A DNA stretch of 64,000 nucleotides. Origin: Piromyces finnis finn. Lineage: Eukaryota; Fungi; Neocallimastigomycota. The first letter of the stretch is position 1; every line of letters begins with the position of its first letter. The stretch covers positions 496,001-560,000 of the forward strand of contig MCFH01000024.1 of the NCBI GenBank assembly GCA_002104945.1, in the 5' to 3' direction. Position numbers and translations under genes: made by a program. The notes beneath the pieces are model-generated. The model saw only the letters and a program-made list of their open reading frames with translations, made no database searches and was not told the origin of the DNA. Positions 15,049 through 34,348 of this stretch are shown here, piece by piece.

Positions 15049-15556
15049 AAAATTATAATTATTTAGTGTGTATGTGTAGTGTGGGTATTGTTTTGTGTAG
15101 TTTTCATTTGGAGATTAATTTATATTTTAATATTTTAATTCAAAAAGGTATATATATCGTTTTAATTTCAGATTTAAACCATATTATTAAAGTAATTGGA
15201 ATATACCACTATAAATTAAATAAAAGAAAGAAAAGAACATGTGTATGATATTATGTAGAAAGAAAAATAGTTACATTAATGATCTAGAGAATGTATCCAT
15301 TGTATTAAAGTATAAAATGGCGTATTAAAAAAAAAGTGGAAAAAATGGTATAGTTAGTTAATTGATAAAGAAAACAATTAATAAATGACTTTATTTAAGT
15401 AATACATAGATTTTTATTTTTTCTTCTTCTTCAAATGTGAAAGTTAATAATTATTAGTTTTGATTTCAATAACAATAATAATAAATATATAGTCATAAAA
15501 TAAGAATAAAATTAAAATTGAATGGATTTCTTTTCATTCATTGAAAAGTATAAAGT

Positions 15557-15591
<35 letters not shown>

Positions 15592-17445
15592 GAACTAAAG
15601 ATTTATATATAATAAAGTGTAGTTATTCTAATAAAAATTATGAGACATCATTACTAATAATGAAATTATATATATATTGAATCGTTATTAAAAAAAAAGG
15701 ACTTTACAACAACTTCCCTTCTAACTAGATGATTTAGTATAAATCCTAGATTTTTGGCTATTTTAGCTAGACTTTTTAGCCAGAAGAAATTTGACTTCTG
15801 CCAGAATTTTAACCAGGAATTTTTCAAAAAATGGGAAAAAAAGCCAGAAAAATCAGGTTTTTAAAATGTCAAATTTCTAAAAATCTAAAAGATTATATTA
15901 ATTAAAGATTCTTTAATATTGCATATATTATCAATCAATAAATTAAATATATTAGAATGTATTAAAATTAAATCAACAATATATTAAGTTAAAATCCAAA
16001 CTAAAATTAAAAAAAAAATTTTAAAATTTATAAAAGATATTTTTTTTTTAAATAAAATTTAGGAAGAAAAGAATAATGAAAATCTAAATAAAAAAGAAGA
16101 AAGTGAATTTTAATAAAAGAAATAAACTAGAATATAATTTTCTTTTCTTTTTATTATTATAAGAAAAACAAAAGCAAAAAGTAAATGAAACAATTAATCA
16201 TACTTTGATTTAAAAATAATAATTTTATTTACTTTCTATTGAATTAAAATTTAAAATACTGTTTTGTATAGTAAATTCAAATTCAAAAAAGACAGATATT
16301 ATAAAATAAAAAGAATTATAAATTTTATTTCTTTTACCTTTTATTTCTTTTCTTTTTTTTCTTTTTCGATAAGATTTCTTTCCTTTTTTAATATTTTTTT
16401 TTAATAAAAATATATCAAGATAACAAAAATAATAGAATATCAAAATTCATCCTTATTTAAACCAATTTCTTTGTAATAAAGAAATTCAATTATCCCAATC
16501 TTTTAAAAGAATTTTAAAATTATCAGGATTATATCAAATCAAAACAAGTTTAATAACGTTTTTTTTATCTCATTAATTCTAAGTTATTGTAGGTATTTTT
16601 AAATTTCATTCATAATTTTATAATCTTTGGGTTAAATCAGTAAATAAATACCATATAAATAAATAAATAAAAAAAAAAAAAAGTGTGGAAATTAAAAAGT
16701 TGAAAAATTATATTTGAAATCATTATTTTAAAAAACAAGTGTTTTATAAAAAAAAAAAAAGTTTTTAATATTTATAATAAAGATAATAATAACATAAAGG
16801 TAAAGAAAAAAATAAAAGTAATATCTTTTTTTTTTTTTTTTTTTGGTAAACAAATAATTTTGAAATTATTTTTTATAAAAATGAATAAATTCTTTTTTTT
16901 TTTTTTTTTTGTAAAATCTATTGTCAGTAAATCCAAATAAAAAACACATTTTTTAAATACTTGAAAATTTTAAAAAAAAAGTATATATAAATTAGAATTT
17001 TATTATATATCTATATTTTAAAGAGTTGAAATGCATTCATTACAAAATATCAAAATATAGATTTAATTACTGATAATCCTATTAAAAAAACGAACAAACA
17101 AACAAACTATTATTTATTACTAACTTTATATCCATTTTATTTTGTTATTTATATACTCTTTTATTTATTAGAATAATTTAGAATATGAAAAAAATAAAAT
17201 TTATAGAAAAGAATTATATAAATTTTCATTTAATCAAATAAACACTAAACAATTAATCTATAAAAAAAAAAAAAAAATAAATAAAAAAAATTTAAAATTT
17301 ATATATGTGAATATATATATAAAATAAAAAATAAAAAAAAATTAAAAAATAAAATAAAAAAAAAAAAGATTTTAAAGATAAAAGTATAAAAGTAATATCA
17401 AAGAAAAGAAAAAGTAATTACTTTTTATTTATTCAAATATAAATC

Positions 17446-18740
17446 ATGAAAAACGACACAAACAATACAGTTATAGACCTAACTTCCAATAGTGATGGCG
17501 ATGATAACACTTTACCAGCTTTTCTACCAGATCCCACAGATAAATCATATGAAAAACCCGAAAAATTACAAAATCGTATAAAACTAATCGAGCTAATTAA
17601 AGAAAAGATTGATGATGATAAGTTATATATATGCTTAGATATTGAAGCATTTGAAAGGAATCATGATTTCTTAACCGAATTTGGTTGGTGTATTTTTAAA
17701 AAGAATGGTGAAGTAATAAAAAAAAAGCATGCTATTGTCGAAGAAAATAAAAATTATCGTAATGGTAGATATGTCCCAGATAATAGAGATTATTTTAAGT
17801 TTGGAGAATCACAATATGAGAAATTGGAGGATATCTATAAGGAATTGAAAAATGATTTCGATAAAGTTAATTATCTTGTCGGTCATGGTATAAATAATGA
17901 TATACGATTTTTAAAGAAAATTAAGGTTGATGTATCCAAGTTTAAGAAAATGAATAGTGGAAGTAAGATAGATGATTATGGTATAATTGAAACCATGGAT
18001 TTATTTTCAGGATATTTCCTTAAAAAGCCAGTCGGCCTACAAAAAAGTTTAATTAAATTGGAGATACAATATGATAAATTGCATAATGCAGGTAAGAATT
18101 CTAATAGATAAAATATTTTTAATATCATTGGAATGATATGTATATATATTTTATATTTTTGTGCTTTATCGTATTATGATTATTAAATTTACTGCTCTTA
18201 TTAATTTTCATTAACATAGGTAATGATGCTTATTATACAATGCAAGTATTTTTAGAAATTATTAAACGATTTGATTTTTCAAGTAATCGCCTATACGAAC
18301 AAATTATGAATTACAAACCGCCAAAAAAGATAAAGTCAAACAATAATAAGAACAATAAAATTATGAATAATAATAATACTATTAGTACATCCAATAATGG
18401 TGGAGTTGGTAATTCATCAATAGCTAATGATGAAACTGATCAAGGAAGAAATGATAGAACAATAATTGGAAATAGTAATGACAGTGAAAAGTCAATTAAT
18501 AATAATACTTTAAATTATCAATCTGGTGGCAATAACAATAAAAATTATAATAAAAACAATAGATCTAATAATAAAGACAATGAAGGAGGAAATAATACAA
18601 AAAATAATGTTAAAAAGAATGGTCAAAGACGTAACAATGGAAAACAACAACGAAACCTAAATAAAAAGAAAAGTTATAGTTATCCAAGATCTAATAGACA
18701 TAACAATAATTATAATAATAGTAACAATCTTAAAGTGTAG
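17446..18740 (+). CDS. Gfd2/YDR514C (QIP-like) DEDDh 3'-5' exonuclease-domain protein with N-rich basic tail; 2 exons, intron 18092-18219
   Basis: ExoI CLDIEAFE-x-NHDFLTEFGW, RNGRYVPDNRDYFKFGES, ExoII LVGHGINNDIRFL, ExoIII LHNAG|NDAYYTM. ExoIII is restored exactly by splicing gcag|gtaag...atag|gtaatgatgct. Confidence 0.85.
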
Positions 18741-19138
18741 ATGATACTTTGAATTTTTAAATGGAATGAATTAAAAACAAGGAAAAAACAAACATTTTCC
18801 CTGATTTATTTTATGATAATATATTAACATTATATATATTAACTATTTAAACTATTCATTACCCACTTCAAATATAATGTATGTACGTACATCTATAATT
18901 ATAATTTTTTTTAAAGTGGAATATTTATGAATGATTGCCACTATTATTATAAAATATACACAATATTATAATTATTTCATGAAATAATTGTAGGATGTTA
19001 GTTTAATTTATTTTAAACTACCTTTTTTTTTTTTTTTTTCTTGATAAATTATATTTATATATTTTAAATATAATATAATATATTTTAATGTAATGTTAAA
19101 CATAAGGATGAAATGATGTAAAATCGATATAATATTTT

Positions 19139-19176
<38 letters not shown>

Positions 19177-20189
19177 TTATATATATTTGCAATATTTATA
19201 ATAGTTTAATATTATGTAAAAAAATATATTTTTTCTTTTTCCTTTTTTTTCCTTTTTTTTTTTTTTTTTTTTTTGTAAAAAATAATGTTATCATAATTTA
19301 TATATATATATTATATATTATATAAAAAATATATCCTAAAACTATTTTTAATTTTATATATCAATTAATTTATAAAAAGTAATGTATAGTATAGGAAAAT
19401 TCTAAATAAAACATTATTCAATTTTCAATATAAAAATTATTTTTATTTTAGAATATTATAAGAATGTGTGTTGAAATCTTTTATAAAAAAAAAAAAAGAT
19501 TATAAATATTTTTTTTTTTACTTTAGTAATTATATATTTTTAAATGATACTTTCTTTCTTTTTTAATTTTATTATTATAAGTTATAATTTTTAAACCACT
19601 TTTTTACTTTTTTTTTCCTATATTTTTTTAATATAATTAAAAAGTAAAGTTAAATTTTTATTTAAAAAAAAAAAGACACATTAATTAAAATTTATATATT
19701 AAAAAAAGTTATATATAATTTTATTAAATATAGTATATTGTAATATATACTTTAATAAATTAATTAAAATTTAAAAGATATAATTTTTTTAATTATTAAA
19801 TTATAAAATTTCAAAAGACTATCTCTTTTTTCTTTTTTCTTTTTTCTTTTTTTCTTTTTCTTTTTTTTTTTTTTTAAAGAAAAGAAAGTAAAAAAAGTAA
19901 TAAAAATTAAAGAAGTTAAAAAGAAAATATCTACCTCGTATAAAATACTTTTTAAATTTTAAAATATTTTTAAAAATAGTTTACTTTTTTTTTTATTCTT
20001 CTACTTTTTTTTTTAATTAAAATATAAAATTAAATTTTTGTTACATTTAATACAACTTTTCCATAAAGTAAAAAAATATATCAAATATATATATATATAT
20101 ATCTTATTCATACTATTCATCCTTGAAAGAAAAGAAGAAGAAAAAAAAAACATTCAAGAAAGAATATTAGTTTTCAAAATTTATAATTA

Positions 20190-23100
20190 ATGGCTCTTGT
20201 AAATAATAGTAATTGAATTTTCAATACTTTTCAAAATAATTGTAATTCAATTTATACTATCGGAAAATATAAAAAAAAGTTTAAATATCTTATATTAATA
20301 TATTTAATTATACAATATTACAGATAAAAATATACCGTCGGTTTTAAATGAAGAAGAACTCTCTAATGAAAAGTATATTTTTCATTTATATATATATTTA
20401 TTATTTTAATAAAAAAAATACAACTATGACTATCAATCATAATTATTAGTATATAATTAATTCTTATTAATATATATATTTGTATATTAAAAAAAATTTT
20501 TTATTTTATATAAAATTTTCATAAATCTATTTACTTTTGAAATCTTTTAATCATTATTATTATATAATAAATAGTCAGTATACCAATTCTTCATTAAAAG
20601 ATACATTAAAACAAAAAATTATGCAAACGAAAAGTAGAAATGAATATATAAAATCTCAAATGGAGAATCAAAAGTATTATAAAAATAATATGAATATACA
20701 AAAATTAAAACAAATATCAAATGTTGGTGAATTAATAGAAGATGAAATGGAGGAGGCACCAGATGTTCAAGATAACTATCATGAATATTACGCATCAAAT
20801 TTACCTCCCTTAATTTATACTACAAGTTATATTAATAGTGAGAATGTTAATCATATGATGAAAATTACAAATAATAAAAATAAACCAAAATCTAATGAAA
20901 ATGATAAAGGTACCTATATAACTTCCTCATCTAACAAATCAAACATGACCTCTGAAATAAAATGTAGTGAAGTAACATTAATGGAAAGTGATCAGGATGA
21001 AACTAATAATACTTCTATGAATATAAAAAATACATCCAAAAATAATTCAAATTCAAAGTCTATTTCTCAAAATACTATTCATGATGATAATCTGGGACAA
21101 AATTATAGTTCGTTTAATAGCATGGAAGCACATAAGGATGAGAATGATGATGAAATAAGTATACATCCTTCTGATATTTCTTCATTATCGAATACATCCC
21201 AGGAAGAAGAAAAAGAAGAAGAAAAAAAGAAAAACTATTATATTAGAGAAAATCAAAATAAGAATAAAGAAATAGTTGAAGGAAAAGAAATAAATTCAAA
21301 TCTAAATCCAGAGGTAAAATCAAAGGTAACCATGATTCAACAAAATGATCCAAAATCTCAAACTTTTAATATTACATCATCTTTAGCTATACAACAACAA
21401 CAACAACAGCAACAACAGCTACTATTACAACAGGTACAGCAAAAACCACCACCATCACCAGTTAAATCACCTCTCAAACAAAAGAGTGAAGTAAAAGAAA
21501 ATAAATTATCAAAAATTCGTCAATTCTTTTCTCAAAGTGTTTCATCATCCCATTATAGAAAACAAAATAAAGATGATGTAAATACAAAAGAGAATACTCA
21601 TCATGCTCAAGATGACAATACTAATAAAGAAAACAATGAATTTGACGTGATTACAAATGATGATAAAACCAACAATATTGTTGAAGTAAACAATAAGTTT
21701 AACAAGAATGACCAAAAAGAATTAAAAGAAATAATAATGTCATTTGATGATGATATAGAAGATACTGAAAATAAAAAAGAAAATTTATCTAGAATATTTA
21801 ATGAAAAACTTCAAAATTCTAAGGATCAAGATTTAGAAGCTTTAGTCAATACTACCGATTTCAATCAATTAGGTGTATTAAGTGAAGAGGATAAAAATTC
21901 TTTAAAAGATTCAAATTTATCCTTTGACTTACAAAATACTGAATCCGAGGTAAGAGAAAATGAATTACCTCCTCAAGATGAAATAATTAATGATAATGAT
22001 GATGACAGAATAACGGATGATCAAGAGAATAAAAAAATAATTTCTCCACCTACAAAAAATGTCAATAGTAATAAACCAATTGAGGATAGTACGATAATTA
22101 GTTATACCATGAGTGAAGATGAAGATAGTATTGAATTTAATTCTATTCATAATAATCATGTCACTTCACCATCAAGGAAAAACAAAACAACAAACCATGA
22201 ATCTGGTTGTATTGGAAAAAATACTCAAAGTACAATGGAAATTTTATATAATTCTGAAAATCAAAGCATAATTGAAGATGTTGATAAAATATTATCAAAG
22301 AATTTTAATAATAAGGGTGTAAACCTCAATGATAAGAAGGTACCCAAAAATTTTATTAATACAGGAACATTTAATGATCATTCCTATTATAACCATTCCA
22401 TAAATACTATTGATGCAACTCCATCTTGCATGTCGTCCCCTCGATCCTATACAAGTTCTGAAGACGTTTTTCTTGAAAATAATGCTTTACCTAATTATAC
22501 CACTACTACCAACAATAATAACATAATAAATAATTACAAGGAAATATATGAATACACAGAAAAAGAAGGAAATGAAAGTGAATATACAGATATTAATAAT
22601 AATAAAAATAATAATAATAATAATGGTAGTAGCAGTAGTAATAATAATGAGTATATAAATAATGATAATAATCATGATGATGAACATGTGGATAATGGTA
22701 TAAAGGATGATGATGATGCTTATCTAAATAATAATGAATATATGGATAATAGTAAAGAAAATAATGATGAATATATGGATAATGGGGATGGTAGTAAAAA
22801 TGAAAATAATAATGAATATATGGATGACGAGGATGATGATAATAATGAAAATAATAATGAATATATGGATGACGAGGATGATGATAATAATGAAAATAAT
22901 AATGAATATATGGATGACGAGGATGATGATAATAATGAAAATAATAATGAATATATGGATGACGAGGATGATGATAATAATGAAAATGATAATGATGAAT
23001 ATATAGATAATAATAATATTAATGAATATATGAATAAGGATAAAGAGGAAGAGAGTGCTTATTCACAAAATATAAGTCATCTGAATAATTGTAATCAACA

Positions 23101-26100
23101 AAAGGTAAATATTATTCAATTACAGAAAAAACAGTCAATAGCTGAACAAGAAAATGAACAAAATAATAAAATAATGGAAAGAGAACTTAGCAATACATCT
23201 ATATTAGTGCAATCTTTACCAATATTAATACCAACAACAAAAGATGTGATTACAAACACTATTTTCTCCTATGAAATACTAAATTATAATAAACATATTG
23301 ATTTATTACCATCTGAAACCACTTTTATACCAGTTACTCCACCTGAAACCGTTGATGGGGAAAGTGAAATAACAGAAATGGAAACAGTAAAGCAAACTCA
23401 AACTTTACAATCTAATATCAAGGAAAAATCAAAAATGGAAAACGAAAGTGAAACTAAAATAACAATGTCTATTTTTGATGATTCAACAACAAATAAAAAA
23501 TTACTTTCAACGCTTGACACAACAAATATAACAATATCAGATAAATTAAATAATAAAAAGAAAATAAATAATTTAGTTCATAGTGGCTATAATCATGCAA
23601 ATACAACTACTGAATTATCATCTCCAGTTAATTTTACAGAATCTATTGTTGCTGTTGGTAATGGTGAAGAATCTCTTTACAACGATATGGATCATTCTCA
23701 ATTAATGCATCTCCAAAAAAATATAAATGATGGGAATGCTGGAAAGGCAAAACTTGAACATGAAATTATTCAAATGAGTGATAAGGATAAAAATAGAAAT
23801 CAAGAGGATAAAGACAATAGTATTATGAAAGAAAATGAAATTATCCATAAAACCGTAAATGCCAATGAAAAAGATGAACAGAAACAATTAGATGTTTCTT
23901 ATTCTCCTGTTTGTAGTGTATCTACCAAACATAATTTAGAGAGCATGGGACCACTTTTAAATCATGATAATTCCTATCTTTCTGAATTGGACGAAAAACA
24001 ACAACAATTCATATTAAATAATAGTAAAAAGTTAACAGAAGCCTTTTATATGGGAATGCCTCATTCTAGATTTGAAGTTAAGGTTGATAGTAGTCCAAAT
24101 AGATATTTAAGTAAAATAGGACAAAATAAAAATGATTATAGTGACGGTTTAAAAAAGCATTTAGATGAATCTCTTTTATCCAAGAAACAAATTTATCAAC
24201 AAATTGAAGAAGGATTGGTTGGCGTCAACTCTGAGAAAGGAAAAATATACCAATTAACAGAAGAATTAGTTCAAGCCAGAAATATTATTAATCATCTTAG
24301 AGATTCCTTAGCCTTTTCAGATGATGAAAAACTTCAATTACAAAAAGAATTTGATTGTTTCCAAGATAAAATAGAAATTGAAAGGTTAAATTGGAAGGAT
24401 GAGTTTAAAAAAGTGAAAGAAATCCAAGCTCAAGACTATAAAGAAAAAATGCAACTTAGCAATTATATTAAGGATATGAAAGAAACTTTGAAAAGTTTTC
24501 AACAGGATGAAACTAAACATAAAAGAATATACCAGGAAACTTTATATCAACTACAAAATAGTCAAGAAAACTATAATCAATTAGAAAGTGAATTTAATTT
24601 ATTATCAAAAAAATATAAGGAATTAGAACAATACCTTTTAAGTATAAAACAATCAAATGAAGAAATTTTCCATGAAAATAAATTGTTAAAAGACAATAAC
24701 GAAGAGTTGATGCAAATTAATGATGATTTAAAGAAAGGAAATAAAAATCTTATACAATTAAATAAATCCTTAGAAGAAGAAAATAAAAAAATTCAAGAAT
24801 CTAATAATATGTATTATAAAAAGGAATCTGAAAAAATGAATATTAAAATGCAAGAAGTTATACAGAAAAATCATGGTACTTTTTTTTTTTTTTTAAACTT
24901 CTTTTAATAAAAATATATAAATGATGATTTAAAGAAAAAAGAAAAAAAAATTTTTTTTCATTCATTTAACAAAAAATTTCTTTAATAATTATTTTATTAT
25001 AGAATATGTAGATCAATTGAAAAAAATGAAGACAGTACAGGATATGATTGAAAATGAATACAATGAACTTAAATCATTATTAAATAAAGAAAGAGTAAAA
25101 TATAATAATATAATATATTTATTGAATATTATATTAATTTATTAAAAAAAATATTAATAATTAATCGATTTTATTTATATTTTATTAATTAAAATAAAGA
25201 GTAAGAATGAACAATGTGAATCTGAATTAACTGTATTTGGAAGAAGAATAAGAACCTTAGTGGAACAAAATGATAATTTGAGCAAGGAAAACGATAGAAT
25301 AAGAAATGAACTTAGAGTAATAATTTTATTTTAATTAATTTATTTATTATAATTTTGATATTTTTTACAATAATTATTAATTATTTTAAATTTTAATATA
25401 AAGAATTTACAATTAAACCCTCCAGTAGGAAAATTAGATACCCAAATGGATGATAAAAAGGTAATTCTATTATTACCATCATACTATAGCATTATAAAAG
25501 ATATTCTATATATACTAGCAATCAAGTAATCATATAATAATACTTTTATTTTATATCCGTTAATTTTAATAGACATCTTTTAATTCTGATATGATGAATT
25601 ATTATCCATCATCTTCTAAAGTTCGTAATAATATTGTATCATATTCATCTTATTCTGTTCCAAAGAATTTAAGAAGTTCAAATTCAACAACTGATATAAA
25701 AAGTATTAAATGGCAATCTAATTCCAATCTTGGTAACGAAAGCGTTGAAGATGCCTATAAAACAAATATTCGTTCTTCCTTTAAAAATTCAAATATACCA
25801 ATTTTTACTAATAACAAAAATCAAACAATATCTTCATCTTCTAATACTAATATTGGATGGGATAGTGAAGCTTATTCACCAACTTCTTCAACTTATTCTA
25901 ATAGTCCAAAAAAATATTTAAATAATAGATCATCATTTGATATGCAATTAAATAATAATTTATCTAAAATCCCCGTTAATTCTTCTTTATCAAATTCTGT
26001 TAATACTAATCATAGTGCTTATATGAATGCTCTAACAAAAATGTCTCCTAATGAATTAGAAAATTTATTAAGATCATTAACATTGAGAAAGGTAATTATT

Positions 26101-26306
26101 ATTGTTATTATAATTACATAATATATAATATATAAAACTAATGAAATAAAAAATATTATTTGAAATAGGACCAATTACAATCAGAATATGTAAAGGTTCC
26201 ATCATCAAATAAAAGAAGAAAAGAAATCCTAGAAGAGAAATTAGATGAAGTTGAAAAGCAAATGGGTGGATGTAGAATGAAATTAAAAGAATTAAAAGTA
26301 ATGTAA
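20190..26306 (+). CDS. Large low-complexity/coiled-coil protein with MPHOSPH9-like C-terminal motif, multi-exon (main exon 20575-~24876)
   Basis: Two short 5' exons (20190-20208, 20324-20372) splice in frame into the 1456-aa ORF. A long coiled coil follows. The last exons give LENLLRSLTLRK|DQLQSEYVKVPSSNKRRKEILEEKLDEVEKQMGGCRMKLKELKVM*, similar to the remembered MPHOSPH9 C-terminus (KEKDQIEAALSRMPS...LEDRLERINRELGSVRMTLKKFHV). Confidence 0.7.
22802..22987 (+). repeat. 45-bp coding minisatellite, ~4 near-identical copies (ENNNEYMDDEDDDNN)
   Basis: gaaaataataatgaatatatggatgacgaggatgatgataataat is repeated in tandem, with degenerate upstream copies of the (N/E)YMD motif. Confidence 0.9.
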
Positions 26307-26489
26307 TTAACCATTTAAAAAAGAGGGAATGGAAAAAAAAATTTTATACATATAAAAAAAAAAAAAGAAAATAACTTTATATATATATATATATATATAT
26401 ATTTTAAATTTTCATAATTTATAAAATTCAACAATTATTTTATCTAATTTACCTTTACATTCTGCATTTTGTTTATTTTTATTTTTGTT

Positions 26490-26521
<32 letters not shown>

Positions 26522-26998
26522 TTTTGCAATATTTTCACATTTTTCACATATTACATTTATTACACATTAGGTTTATTTTAATTTCTAAAAAAAAAAAAAC
26601 ATCTATTCATTATATCATTATATAATATTTAGCATATATAGCTTTATTATATATATTATCTTTTTTTATATATTAATTATAAGAATAATTATATTAGATT
26701 TTAATAAACATGAACATATAGAAAAAATCAAATTAAAAATCAAATGAGTAAATAAATAACAAAGTAAATAAAAATTAAATAAAATATTAAAGTATTTTTA
26801 TGTTTGGTATCATTAAAAGCATAGTACTTTATTTATAACAAATATACTTTATTAAATGTAAATTAAACTATATGTTGAAACTTTAATTTGGAAAAATTAA
26901 ATATAAAATATAGGATTAAAAAATTAAAATTTACTTTTCTATTTCTATATTTATAATCACTCTAGTATAAAGGGGTAAATGTAAAAATAATTAAAATT

Positions 26999-28770
26999 TT
27001 ACAAGTCATCGTAATCTGGTAAACTATCATCACTATCTATTTCTTTATTATTATTATTTACTTCAGTAACGGTAGAGGTATCATTTAATGCTGTTGATTT
27101 GTCAGTAGGTTCTGTACTTATTAAAACATCATCATCCTCATCTTTTAAGAAACTATCTAATATACTAGATTTATTATTATCTTTTTTTAATAATAAAGAT
27201 TCACTCATTTTAGATTTATCTGCTGATTTAGAATGAGACCTATATTTAGATTTTGACGATGGGGATCTAGAACGAGACCTAGAGTTATATCTTTTTTGGG
27301 ATCTTGAATGCGTTGATTTAGAGTAGGATCTTGAATGATTATTAGTATTATAATGAGATGAAGGGTGAGATTTGGATTGAGATGAATGCCTATAAGAATG
27401 ATGTTCAGAGTTATAATTTGAATTATAATGGGATCTAGAATTAGAATGAGATCTAGAATGAGACTTATAGTTTGAATGTGACCATGTGCCAGAATTATAT
27501 GCATTTTTATCTTCGTTTCTTCGATTTTTATAATTGTTATCATTATACTTTGTATCGTTTATCATATGATTATTATTATTATGACTTTCGTTAACTTTAT
27601 TGTTATTAATAGTAGTAGTACTAATATTATTATCATTATTATTTCTATCGGCATTATTATATGATGTAGGTGGGTATATATTTGAATTATCATTGCTACT
27701 AGTTTGATTATTAGTGGTATTTGTATTTGTTTCACCATTTTTATCAATATCCATAGTATCAGTATCATCATCAATTTCTTCATCACTACTACTTTCTATA
27801 TTTAAATACATATACATCGTATTAAAAAATTACAGTAATATTAAAATATCTTTGTAATTTATTATAAAAATCAATGTGAAAAAAAAAAAAGTGCTATATA
27901 TAACAATTACCATATATCTTTTTCGTCTTTTTTATATCATATATGTAATTTTGATATGTTTCCCCAACACTTTCAATTAATTCTTTCAAATCTTCAAAAG
28001 GCATTTTACCGATATCACCTATATTTATATTATTAGTTATAAATTTATTTAATTTACTGCTTATTTAAATTTATAGAATAATAACAATACTTTTATTAAG
28101 AATATCATTAATATTATTATTGTTATCGCCATTTTTATTTTTATATTCTAAATATTAAATAATATATAAAATTATTAATATCAACAAGTATTCATTTATA
28201 AATTTATATAAACATTACAGTAATATTGTTATATACCATTATCATTTTTTGAATCATTAGAATTAGAATTTCTATTAGAATTTCTTCTACTGAAAATTTT
28301 ATTGAATTTTGTAATTTCTATTGAATTACTAGAGGTTTGATATTTCTTTTTAGCATTTTTATTACTTTTATAGTGTTTCGAATAGTTATTTTTTTTATAT
28401 TCTGGAAATTCTTCCCTTTCTTGTTCCCAATAATCTGATAAAAGGATAAATAAATTTAAAATAAAAAACATAATGAATAATTATTTTTTTTTTTATTTAA
28501 ATTATAATAAATTCATACATTCATATTCATTCTTGTTCTTATTATATGAATTTCCGATACTATTAATTAATGATTTTAGTTCATTTATTGAAGTGATATC
28601 TGCTTTTATTTTGTATAGAATTATAAAATATGTTAATTTGATATATTCTAAAAGTAATAATTATTATTGTTTCTTTTTTTAATTATTACATAATAATTAA
28701 AATCAATCATGACTAAATATAAATATTAATAATATTTACTCGTTGAATTATTATCGTTATCTATATTCAT
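26999..28770 (-). CDS. Hypothetical protein with Ser/Arg/His-rich (RS-like) region, multi-exon
   Basis: ATG at 28770 (MNIDNDNNST|NYWEQEREEFPEY...). A small internal exon reads DIGKMPFEDLKELIESVGETYQNYIYDIKK. The last exon contains HSRSHSNSRSH...YNSRSRSRSPSSKS. Confidence 0.65.
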
Positions 28771-29245
28771 TATTTGCTTATATGCTTGAATTTATATTTG
28801 TATATATACCTTATATCTAATTTCTAATATATTTTTATATATTTATTTGTAAAAATTTTTCTTATTAATAAAACAAAAAACCTTTTTGATTAATTAATTA
28901 TGTATAATTAAAAATTTATTAAAAATAAAATTATTTAATAATAAAATTTTCATTTGATTTTTAATTTATAATGTTTTACCTTAAAAAAAGACATTTTGAA
29001 AAATTCGAATAGTATACCCATTAATTTTAAACAAAATATCTAATAAAACAGAAATAAACAATAATATCATTTTTATTTACTAATTACATAAAGAATAATA
29101 TTATATATAAAATAATATATTATTTATTAAGAATTAAAAAAAAAAAAAATTTCTTTACATTAAATTAATTTCCAATCCATTACTTCAACAATTTCTCATC
29201 GTAGCGTCAAATTAAATACAATAAAGGAATATAATTATTTAGTAG

Positions 29246-33608
<4,363 letters not shown>

Positions 33609-33855
33609 TTTAATAATTGAAGTAATTTTTATACAAATAAAAATAATTTACTAAATTTAATATTCAAATGATTTGAATTTAAAAATAAGATTTTTTTTAT
33701 GAAATATGTAATAGTAACATAATAAATGATTTTTATATATATAACTAATTGTTGATTTAATATTAACATATATAAAATGTGTAAAATTGTTTTTTTTTTA
33801 ATTATTTTTTATTTATTTTTTTATTATTATTTTAATTAAAATTTTAAATTTTCTT

Positions 33856-33897
<42 letters not shown>

Positions 33898-34348
33898 TGT
33901 TATTTAAAAGTATTTTATTTAAAAATGATAATTTTCATCTTATTTATTTATCGATATTAATTATATATATAAAAAAAATAGTTTGAAATAATAAAATAAA
34001 TAAGATTTTTTTATTATTATTATTTTTATTAAAAAAATATTATAATATTATTTGTTTGTGATTAAATAAATATATATATATTATTGTTATTATTTTCTTT
34101 TTCTTTTCCTTTCTTTTTCTTTTCTTTTTTTTTTCTAATAATTCTTTTAAATTCCTTTTTCATATTTCCAATATTATTAAAGTGGTATTATTTTTTAGGA
34201 GTTTTTTTTTTTACTGATAATTGATAATTTATTTTAATTTTCTATATTTAATAAACTTTCTAAATAAGTGTTTTATAAAGATAATATATTATAATAATTC
34301 ATTTATAATGATATAGGATTAAATAAATTGTTTGAAAAATAATTATAA

